Assembly: GCA_963827655.1 (NCBI GenBank)
Contig: CAWHCF010000004.1
Location: forward strand, 1-64,000
Length of the DNA stretch: 64,000 nucleotides
Source: an uncultured Acidobacteriota bacterium
GTDB taxonomy: Bacteria; Acidobacteriota; UBA6911
Direction of reading: 5' to 3'
Numbering within the stretch: the first letter of the stretch is position 1; each line of letters starts with the position of its first letter. The translations under genes were made by a program, and so were the position numbers. Under the pieces are notes generated by a model that saw only the letters and a list, made by a program, of their open reading frames with translations, did no database searches and had not been told where the DNA came from. Shown here piece by piece: positions 52,206 through 61,779 of the stretch.

Positions 52206-53933
52206 ATGAGAGCAGCTTCCACACTGGCGCTCGTACTCTTGTGGCTGTCGAGCGAGGTCGCAATCCGCAGGGTCTGTGAGGGACCCCCGGGCATGATCCT
52301 CGGGGGACCCTCTCCGGACGGACGTTTTCTGTCGTGCTTCGATCCCGAGACCGGCGATCTCTCGCTCCTAGATCTCGCCAGCGGGCAACGCCGCCGGCTG
52401 ACGCGCAAGACGTCGCCGCAGTCGGCCGAGTTCGCGTACTTCTCGGTTGTGTCGCCCGACAGTCGCCGGGTTGCCTACGCATGGTTCAACCAGGAGAAGT
52501 TCTACGAACTGCGCGTCGTCGAGGCTGACGGCTCGGATTCCCGCATCCTCTACCGCAACGAAGAGGCCGGCTTCGTTCAACCCTCAGCCTGGTCGCCCGA
52601 CGGGAAAGAAATACTGACTCTGTTCTTTCGCAAGGACAGCATCAGTCAGATCGCGCTGGTATCGACGGCGGATGGTTCCGTCCGGGTGCTTAAGTCGTTG
52701 AACTGGGTTTATCCGAAAAAGATGGATTTCTCGCCCGACGGGCGCTTCATCGTCTATGACAGCTTCGGCCGGAACGGCGCGCGCGAGCGCGACATCTTTG
52801 TGCTCTCGACCGATGGAAGCCGCGAAGTCGCGCTGGTGGAGCACCCGGCAGACGATCTGTTTCCCCTCTGGTCGCCCGACGGCAGAAGAATCCTTTTCGC
52901 CAGCGATCGCGCCGGCACGATGGACCTTTGGATGATTCCGGTCGTGGACGGAAAACCCCAGGGTTCTGCGGCCCTGGTTCGACGCAACCTGGGACGCATC
53001 CTGCCGATGGGGATGACGCGAAGCGGCGCTCTCTTCTACGGCCTGCGTACCGGGACAAGCGACGTCTACGTGGCTTCCTTCGATCCCGGGGCAGGACAGG
53101 TGCTGGGGCGGGCGGTGCTCGCCAGCCATCGCTCCCCGGGCGGGAACAGCGCGCCCGAATGGTCGCCGGATGGAAAACTCCTCGCGTACTTCTCCCGGCG
53201 CGGGACGGAAAACTTCGGGCAGGAGGCGCGGGTGGTTTCGATTCGCGCGCTCGAGACCGGCGAGGAGCGCGATCTCGCTCCCAAGCTTGCGCATCTCGAG
53301 AGCATCCGGTGGTCTCGGGACGGACGGTATTTTCTCGCCGCCGGAAGTGATCGGAGAAGCCGCGGCGGCCTGTACCGTGTCGATGTCCGGAGCGGAGATG
53401 TGGCGCCGATCGTTCAGGACGAGCTGGCCACTTTTCGCGGGCTAGAAGGAATCTGGTCGGCCGACGGGGAGGGCGTCTTCTATGTGGCGCGTTCGGAGAT
53501 CCGGTTGCGTAGCCTTCAGACCGCTCAAGAGAAGTCTCTCTACCTCGCGGCGGACTCTACGCGCATTCGGCACCTGGCGCTCGCGCCCGACGGGAGCAGA
53601 CTCGCGTTCGTTTCGAGCGAGGGCTCTCAAGCGGAAGTTCTTCGGGTCATGCCGGCGGATGGCGGAGGGGCGCGCGAGTTGTTCCGGCTCGCCGGCGGCG
53701 GCTCGACCGGCGCCGAGTGGACACCGGACGGCCGGCACCTGATACTGACTGCATCCGGCGAGGGTAACCCCGAGATCTGGCGCGTATCGTTGGAGGGGGG
53801 ACAGCCCCTGAAGATGGCGATTCCTGCAGACTGGCAGGGCAGCTTCCGCGTTCATCCGGACGGGCGTCGCATTGCCTTCGCCGCGGGGAAAACCCGATCG
53901 GAGGTCTGGGTGATGGAGAAGTTCCTACCCTGA
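52206..53933 (+). CDS. TolB-like beta-propeller protein (PD40 repeats)
   Basis: Repeated WSPDG/FSPDG motifs; signal-like N-terminus. Confidence 0.88.
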   Translation: MRAASTLALVLLWLSSEVAIRRVCEGPPGMILGGPSPDGRFLSCFDPETGDLSLLDLASGQRRRLTRKTSPQSAEFAYFSVVSPDSRRVAYAWFNQEKFYELRVVEADGSDSRILYRNEEAGFVQPSAWSPDGKEILTLFFRKDSISQIALVSTADGSVRVLKSLNWVYPKKMDFSPDGRFIVYDSFGRNGARERDIFVLSTDGSREVALVEHPADDLFPLWSPDGRRILFASDRAGTMDLWMIPVVDGKPQGSAALVRRNLGRILPMGMTRSGALFYGLRTGTSDVYVASFDPGAGQVLGRAVLASHRSPGGNSAPEWSPDGKLLAYFSRRGTENFGQEARVVSIRALETGEERDLAPKLAHLESIRWSRDGRYFLAAGSDRRSRGGLYRVDVRSGDVAPIVQDELATFRGLEGIWSADGEGVFYVARSEIRLRSLQTAQEKSLYLAADSTRIRHLALAPDGSRLAFVSSEGSQAEVLRVMPADGGGARELFRLAGGGSTGAEWTPDGRHLILTASGEGNPEIWRVSLEGGQPLKMAIPADWQGSFRVHPDGRRIAFAAGKTRSEVWVMEKFLP

Positions 53934-53938
53934 AATCG

Positions 53939-54898
53939 ATGCTGGAACTGCTGAGTTGTATCTTGCTCCTCGGTGGGCAGGGATTGCAGATCCCGCCTGG
54001 GCTCGACTCGTACATGCCGATCCCGGAAGAGAATCCGCTCACGCCGAAGAAGGCGGCGCTGGGCCGGGAGCTCTTTCGGGACCCGCTTCTTTCGCGCAAT
54101 CACCAGGTATCGTGCGCCACCTGTCACGACCCGGCGCGCGGCTTCAGCGACAACCGGCCCGTCGCCGTCGGCGTGTTCGGACGCCAGGGAAACCGAAGGG
54201 TTCCCCGCATCGTGAACCGCGGCTACGGCAAGGCCTTCTTCTGGGACGGCCGGATCGCAACCCTGGAGGAGCAGGTTCTCCAGCCGATACTCAGCGCAAA
54301 GGAGATGGATCTGACACTGGAAGAGGCCGTGTCGCGGCTGAACGGCGTTCCGCGCTATCGGCAGCTTTTTCGCGAAGTCTTCGAGCGCGACATCAGCGCT
54401 CCCGACCTGGCCCGCGCGCTGGCGAGCTATGTCCGGACCATCCTTGCCGGAGATTCAGCCTACGACCGCCACCTTCAGGGCAAAGCGGAAGCGCTTTCCG
54501 AGGAAGCGCGGAAGGGCCTGAGCATCTTTCGCGGCAAGGGGAACTGCACGCTCTGTCACCTCGGGCCGAACCTCACGGACGAGAGCTTCCACAATACCGG
54601 GATTGCATGGAGAGACGGCCGCTTCGATGACGACGGCCGCCACATCGTGACGCGCAACGACAGTGAGCGGGGGTCGTTCAAGACACCGACTCTGCGCGAG
54701 GTCGCGCGCACGCCCCCGTACATGCATGACGGCAGCCTGGCGACCCTGGAGGAAGTGATCGCACACTACGACCGCGGCGGGAACCGCAACCCGCAACTCG
54801 ATCCCGAGATGCGGCCGCTTGGCCTCACCAGGGAGGAGACGCGCGCGCTCGCCGCGTTCCTGCGCTCCCTCAGCGGCACCGTGCGCGAGGGCTACTGA
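53939..54898 (+). CDS. Diheme cytochrome c peroxidase family (MauG/MbnH-like)
   Basis: LGRELFRDPLLS, SCATCH, FWDGR, NCTLCH, FKTPTLR, PYMHDGS, VIAHYDRGG. Confidence 0.9.
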   Translation: MLELLSCILLLGGQGLQIPPGLDSYMPIPEENPLTPKKAALGRELFRDPLLSRNHQVSCATCHDPARGFSDNRPVAVGVFGRQGNRRVPRIVNRGYGKAFFWDGRIATLEEQVLQPILSAKEMDLTLEEAVSRLNGVPRYRQLFREVFERDISAPDLARALASYVRTILAGDSAYDRHLQGKAEALSEEARKGLSIFRGKGNCTLCHLGPNLTDESFHNTGIAWRDGRFDDDGRHIVTRNDSERGSFKTPTLREVARTPPYMHDGSLATLEEVIAHYDRGGNRNPQLDPEMRPLGLTREETRALAAFLRSLSGTVREGY

Positions 54899-55203
54899 CT
54901 GGAAAAAAGGAAAAAGTGCTGAGTAAAAAGTGCAGTACTTTCTACCTTCGACTCAGGACCTCCTACTTTCTACTTTCTACTGACTGTGGTTACCAACGGA
55001 AGGGAGAAAAAGTTCAGGTTTAGAAAGAAGCGCCGAAGGTGCGGCACACTCGGACCGTGCCGCAGCCCTTTGACTTTTGTGGCGCGGGTCATTTGACCCG
55101 TGCATTTCACGTCGGCCGATCTGCCGCTTATTGATTAGGATCGCGTTAAAGAGATCGCAAGAACGCGTACGAACTTACGATTGCCCCAACGCGCGGGTCT
55201 GAT

Positions 55204-56906
55204 GAGACTGTCGCAAAACTCGGGGCATACGCTTATATATGCCAGAGGGTCGGCGAAGTTTAGCCCGCCGGCGGCCGAGTAGGCGCCTGTTTGTAAAAAT
55301 CAGGGGATTTAGCCCTGTGGCGGCACTATAAGACCTCTATTTTGGCTCAAGATCCCGCCGTGCTTCGTTCTTCCCTCAGGCTATGTTGAGCTGCCCGGCT
55401 GCCCATCGGGGGTACATCTTGCTCAAATTCACGACTGCGCACAGCAACGCCCACTGGACTTTGACTTTTTCCAGGCCACGCACCGTCCAGCGCCGAAATC
55501 CCATCAGTTGCTTGATCCAGGCAAAGATTGGCTCGACCATGCCCATCCGTTTTTTTATAAGCTCACTCTTTTGTTTGTCCTTCTGTTTTTCCTTTTGACG
55601 CAAAATGACTTCGTAATAAGGACTGACATCGAGCTTTCGTCCTTGCTGGTCCTTGCTACACTGCCACCGCACGGGACATTCCTTGAAGCTCCGGCAGCGA
55701 TACCTGCGAACTGCATAGCGCTTGTCGGGGGACTTGCTCATTCCTTCAAAGGTAAGCACTTCCCAAGGGGACAGGTCCAACAATCTTTTCTCTCTCATAG
55801 ACAAACTTCGATGAGTGAAACTCCCCGCCTCGTTCTTCTTGCGTCTCCACTTCTTGAGGCTGACCAGTACCTCTGTCTGTCGTTCTTCCGCTTTGGCCAA
55901 CTGTTCCCCGGACAAGTAACCTGAATCGGCTACCGTTTCCTGTGCCACTGACCCTACCGTCTCAACCACGGCCTCGATCATCGGCATCAGTTGAAACTTG
56001 TCATTCTGATCCGTCGTAACATATGCCGCCACGATGATGTCGCCTTACTGTCCACTACCACCTGCGCGTTATATCCCAGTCTTATCCCTTCCTGGGTCTT
56101 CATTACTTCAGCTTCCCGCTCTCCAGGATGCATCTGATCTCGTTCTTCTTTCTCTAATTCGGCAAGCTTGGCTCGGATCGTTTGCTGTAACTTAACTTTC
56201 TCCTGCAATTCCTCAGGCAACCGATATTCCTCTGCTCCTGGCTCTTGCGCCCCCTCAACCTCTCGCATTACTCGAGTCAGAAGTTCCTCCAGCGTGCCAG
56301 CGTCTTCTCCAGCTTCTCTTTTCCACATCTCCCGCGTTGACGATTGCGAGGCCAGCTTCGTCCGTCCACCGCGTTGAGAACCATGTCCACCAACTCTGCC
56401 TTTATCGCTACTTGTATCGTCTTGCGAAATACCTGCTTCAGCGGCTTTCGGTTATCCCGCCAAAACCTCACAGCGAACTGTGATCCGGATAATGCATCCG
56501 GTTAGCCACATCAAACCTACATGCTGCCGGCATGCCTTCTCCAACCCGCGCGTACTTCTGATCCTCTCCAAAAAACCATACAGCCAAACCTTCAGCAGCA
56601 GATCCGCTGCATAATTCGGCCGTCCTTCTGCCGATTCTCGAACCCTAAATCCCAGCTCAGCTAGATCCAGCGAGTCCACAACTCCCGAATGAATCGAGCC
56701 GGGTGATCAGCGCAAGCAGATCTTCCAGAGATAGCGGGAACAAATAGCTTGTTTGTAGTCGGCGCGAATTTCGTGACTCATCACTCTCCATTAGCGTTTT
56801 GCAACTAATACGGATGTGTCGCTCTGTGTTACGTTATTGGCGGACATTTGAAAGGAAGCGATCAAATCGGTTCAGCCTCCTATCGGGCGAGTTTTGCAAC
56901 AGTCTC
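55204..56906 (-). mobile_element. IS1182-family insertion sequence
   Basis: TIRs GAGACTGTCGCAAAACTC (55204-55221) and GAGTTTTGCAACAGTCTC (56889-56906), 17/18 match; TGAT direct repeat on both sides. Confidence 0.9.
55376..56781 (-). pseudogene. IS1182-family DDE transposase, multiply frameshifted
   Basis: GRPNY...LLKVWLYG...STRGLE, GYNAQVVVD, VADSGY, VEPIFAWIKQLMGFRRW.VRG. Confidence 0.88.
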
Positions 56907-57069
56907 TGATGACCCGCGCCACAGACCCAATTTTTTCACAGCTTCTCACGGGCGGGCTATTTACTGCCGAGCCTTCGGCCCTGGGCGACAACACAGCTTC
57001 CGCTCCGCGCAATACATCACCGTAATTATGAACTAGCCAACTTAGTGTCTTCGAGTCTTCGTGGTTGCC

Positions 57070-60000
57070 TTACCAGCGGAAGCGGCCGCTGTACTGGAGT
57101 TGCCGGCCGAAGACGCCCGCCCGCTGGTTGACCACCCTGCCGAAGATCGAACTCGTGACATCCGTAGACGGATTGGCGCCTATGAAGCTGTTGGTCAGAT
57201 TGTAGGCCTCCATCCGGATCTCGAAGCTGAGTTTCTCCGCGATGCGATATTCCTTCGACAGAGTCATGTCGACGCTCCAGAACGATGGGCCGGTCACGCC
57301 CTCGTACTGCTTCGGGTTGTAGCGCCGGGTAAAAGGATCTTTGCGCGCGAACACCGCGGTGTTGAATCGCGCCTCGTTCGACGGGTCCTCGAGGCGAGGA
57401 TCGCCGGTCTGTTCGAGGGCGCCGAAGCGGAGGAAGTCGCCTCCCAGGTACTGGTAGATCCCGCTCAGCGACCAGCCGCCGAGAATGCCGTCTACCACAG
57501 CATTGGAGTTTGCCATGAAGTGCCGGCCGCGGCCGAACGGAAACTCCCAGATCCCGGCGAGTGTGAACTTCTGGCGTGGCGCGGCGCTGTCCTCCCAGCT
57601 CAACACCTGGTCGAAAGTATCGACGTCGTCGAAGAACTCCATGGCCTCGGCCGCGGTTGTAGTTGTATCCGAGGAGGAAGTTGTAGCCGCCGGCGAATTG
57701 CCGCTGGACCTGGAGCTGGAACGCCTGGTAGCGCGTCGAGACGCCCGGCATGCCGTTGTTGATCACCAGATCCCCGTACTGCGGGTAAGGCACCAGCAGG
57801 CTTCCGATCGTGACCCTCTGGGTGTTCCGCAGCTGGCCGGGGAACTTGTCGGGCGGGAGGATGTTGTAGAAGGGGTTATTGACCTGCGTGGTCAGTGTCG
57901 TCTTGTGCTGGTAGGTAAGCCGCGGGTCGAGCCGGTTGATGGGCAGATTCATGGTACGCGTCGTGGCCGAGGTTCAAGAAATAAGTGACGTCGACCACAA
58001 TCCTGTTCCACATCTCGCGTTGGAGCGAGAGGTTGATCCGGTCGTTCGTCTCGTTGCGCCAGTCCTGCACAAACCAGGTGGCGGGGCCGCCCAGCGAGGT
58101 GTATCGGCCCAGGGTCTTGCCGACCGCGGGAACCAGCGGGTTCTCGTTAGCCGGATAGGGGTCGCTGATTCTTGCCCGTGGAATGCCCTCGAGCGGTCCG
58201 AGTGGATTCGTGATTGCGTCGAAACCCGGGTAAGGCGTACTACCCAGGAAGTCGAAAGCCTGGATCGGCTGCACCAGGTAGCGGGCGTAGCCCGCTCGCA
58301 GCGCCGTACGTTCGTTGATCCGATAGGCGATCCCGACCCGCGGCATGAACAGGTTTTTCGGCCCCTCCCAGCCGCCGCGATTGGCCTCGTCGGTGAAGAT
58401 CCAGGCGCCGTTCAGGATTGGGCGGTGGCGCGCCCAGCGAGGTTACCTGGGTCGGGAACTGAGGCGGATTGGCCTGGAACTCCGGTATCGGATTGGTGAG
58501 GTCGAGGTAGCGCGACAGGCGGAGCTCCGGGTCCTTCATGGGAGTTTCGTACTCCCAGCGCAGCCCAAGGTTCAGAGTGATCCGCGGGCTCAGCTTGAAG
58601 TCGTCCTGGATATAGAACCCGTAGAACTCATCGCGCGGCCGATTGAGCGGGATGGTTCGGATGCGGGACTCGGCTGTCGACGATCCCGAGCAGGAACGAG
58701 GCCCACCCGTCGCCCCGGAGCCGGGTGTCGGGACTGATGAAGGTGTCGGCGGTGTGGGACTTCTCGAACCTGAACCCCATGGGCTGCGGCCGGGACGCCA
58801 GGAACCGCTGCTGGCGGAACTCGCCCCCGACTTTCACGTAGTGGCGGCCCACCTGCTTCGAGATCTTCGACTGCAGGTTCCACGTGGTCGGCTCCTGATA
58901 CCAGAAGCCTTCACGCCCGAACAAGCTGTTGGTCTCGCTCACGACTGTGAGCCCCGGGTAATAGAGCGCCGGCAGTTCCGTCTGGTAAGGCTCGTACCAC
59001 GGGTTGTTCGGCCACAGCTCCTGAAGCGTCTTGGGCTCGATGCGCGCATTCTCGGCCTCGAAGGAGTCAACGATCTTCGAGTACGAGCCGCGGAGGTTGA
59101 AAACCGTGGTCGGATTCATGGTCCATACGGCGTCTCCCGAAAGCTGGACCGTGTGGCGGTTGCTCCCGGCCAGCTGCTGCGCCGGCGACCCGGTGAAATT
59201 CGGGTCGCTCTGGACCGTGTGGAACCGGCTGCCTCGGCCGAAGATGCTCCACTTGTCGCTGAGCACCCAGTCGACGCGATCCGACAGGTTCCAATACTCG
59301 AACTTTTGCGGAAAGGTGTAGCGGTAATTGTTCGCCCCCGTGATATTGTCACCGGCTCCGTTCGGCTTCCAGATGTCCGCCAGGAAGCGGCGGGCGGTCG
59401 GGTCGATGCGGCTGGCTGGAATGATGTTGTTCGCGAACGGGACGCGCGTAGCCGTGTTCGTCGCGGGGTCGAGGCGCGTGGTCCACGGGTCGTAGATCAA
59501 ACGCAACCCGCCGTTCGAATTGAAGGTTTGGGAGAAATCCCCCTCGCGCTCCCGGTCGGTCGGAAGCGTCGCGGTCATGGTGCGCGGCTCACGGACATTC
59601 TGCGCTTCGTAGCTGAAGTAGTTGAAAACCTTCCCCCGGATGATCGGATTGCCCGACGTGACTCCCCAAACGTGATTCCGCACTTCGTTCGGCCGGCGGT
59701 TAGTGTGATCGGCGACGGCATTGAGCGCCGGGTTGCGTCCGAAATAGTAAGCCGTGCCGTGGTGCTCGTTGGTGCCGCTCTTCATCTGGACCGCGATGAT
59801 GCCGCCGGCGCTGTGTCCGAATTCGGAGTCGACGCTGTTTTGCTGGATGCTGACCTCCGACACCGCGTCCATCGTCGGAACGTAGGTTCCTTTCATTCCT
59901 ACCAGCTGGGGCACGCCGTCGACCAGGATGTCGTTCTTGGTCGATGTGTTGCCTCCGACGTCAAGCTGGCTCGCCGCCCAGTGGTGATACGGGCTCTGCT

Positions 60001-60527
60001 CGGTCGTGGAGCGAACGATCACGGCGGGGTTCAGAGTGGCGAGCAGGAACGGGTTGCGATGAACGATCGGCAGTTCGTTCGTCATTTTGGTGTCGAGCGT
60101 GAGCTCCATGGTGCTGGTGTTGAATTTCACGGCAACCGGCGACTCGCGCACGACCACGGTTTCGGAAACGTTGCGGACTTGCAGGGGCGCGTTGATCGTG
60201 ATATCGCCGCGGGTCTGGACCAGGACGTTTTCCTGCACGAAGGTCGAGAAGCCCGGCAACTCGATGGTGACGGTGTAGGTTCCCGGGCTCACGAAATCGA
60301 AGAGGTACCGCCCCGTTTCGTTTGCCAGCGCGATTCACTTCGACACCAGTATTGACGTTGCGCAAGGTGACGCTGGCGCCGACCAGCACGGCGCCGCTCG
60401 CGTCTGTGACGATGCCCTGCACCTTGGCCCGAAGCTCCTGAGCATTGGAAGGCGCGGCGAGAAGCACGCCAAGCGTCAGGAACATCAGGAAGCGAACAAG
60501 AAATCCCAGATTGGTTTTTGAATTCAT
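57070..60527 (-). CDS. Oar-type TonB-dependent receptor, several frameshifts
   Basis: VQGIVTDASGAV, ELPIVHRNPF, MKSGTNEHHG, MPRVGIAY, terminal RQLQYSGRFRW across ORFs 59961-60596, 58628-60292, 57876-58346, 57026-57952 and 57070-57642. Confidence 0.88.
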
Positions 60528-60972
60528 GGTCCACCCCAGTTCGGCCGACCCCGCGCCAGGGTTGCGGGTCAGTTGCGGAAAAGTTTGAACAAACAAAGGA
60601 ACACGTTTGCCGTTTTGAGGGTGATTCTAAATTCGACCAGCGTGGGGTGTCAAGCTTCGTGCGCGCAGTATTTTTTACCGCCAGGACACGAAGAGTCATT
60701 TCGCCATTCCTGCAGTTTTCATCACAATCTGAAAGCGCGGATCCGTTCGCAGGACGTCGGCCTGTGTCCAGAGCGGAACGGGTATCGTCAGCCAGCGCCT
60801 CTCGAAACCTCTCGATCGCCCAGGTTTGCGGATAACAACGTCCCAGCCGCATTCCTGATCGATCCGAGATTAGACAACCGGAGGTGCATCAGTTTACCGT
60901 GAGCTGGAGCGAGGGATCGGGTGGGGAGTGTCAAAAGCCGCCTGTTTTTTGCGCGGTGGGGTGCATGCCCCG

Positions 60973-61284
60973 TTAGGCTCTCTTTCGCAGTTTCGCGTTG
61001 CCTACGACATCAAGAACCGCTTCTGGATGCTTGGCAGCTACCCGGAGGAGAATCCGAGCAGCACCTTCCGGCTTCCGCCGTCCTTGTTCCCAATTGCGCA
61101 GTGTTGCCACGCTGATTCCCATTAGACTGGCGAACTTATCCTGAGAGAGCCCATACTGCTCTCGAATCCTCCGGACATCCGGTTCGGAGAACTCATAGAT
61201 ACGCGCCGGTTTCTTTTCTCCACGCAGGATCGCTCCACCTTGTCGCACACTTTCCAAAAGCTCGTCGAATAATTCTTTCTTCAT
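60973..61284 (-). CDS. HigA/NadS-like XRE-HTH antitoxin
   Basis: LFDELLESV...IREQYGLSQDKFA...TLRNWEQGRRKP. Confidence 0.9.
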   Translation of the reverse strand: MKKELFDELLESVRQGGAILRGEKKPARIYEFSEPDVRRIREQYGLSQDKFASLMGISVATLRNWEQGRRKPEGAARILLRVAAKHPEAVLDVVGNAKLRKRA

Positions 61285-61598
61285 AGATATTCCTCATCGA
61301 TGATGCTCTTCAGCGCCTTGAGCTGTTCAGGCGTCAAATCATCCTGGACGCTCTTTGGATACGTGTACAACATCAGAATCGCCTCTCTTGCAGCAAGCCA
61401 GTAATAGATCACTCGTAGCCCGCCACGTTTCCCTTTGCCACCAATCGACCAGCGAACTTTCCGCAGACCGCCACTTCCTGGAATTACCTTTCCGACCTTA
61501 GGATTCGCAACCAACTGGTTCTGGAGAAGGCGGTACTGCTCATCGGAAAGAGTTGCCTGGATCCGCCTGGTGAAGACGGCGGTTTCGACAATGACCAT
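61281..61598 (-). CDS. RelE/HigB-like toxin
   Basis: IVETAVF...IPGSGGLRKVRW...GKRGGLRVIYY...YPKS; ATGA overlap with the antitoxin. Confidence 0.9.
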   Translation of the reverse strand: MVIVETAVFTRRIQATLSDEQYRLLQNQLVANPKVGKVIPGSGGLRKVRWSIGGKGKRGGLRVIYYWLAAREAILMLYTYPKSVQDDLTPEQLKALKSIIDEEYL

Positions 61599-61779
61599 GA
61601 AGCAGGGTACGCCATTGGCGCATCCGTGACAAGCGGGGATTAGCGGAAGTTCGGTGACAGACACCAAGTTTTCCCGTCCGACTGGTTGTCGCTGGAGTTC
61701 GTACGTTTCGCGGGCTGCGGAGCAAACTGCCGCGAGACAAGGCGCAAGCTTGCTTCGGCGTTGGCGACAAATCGCCTCA

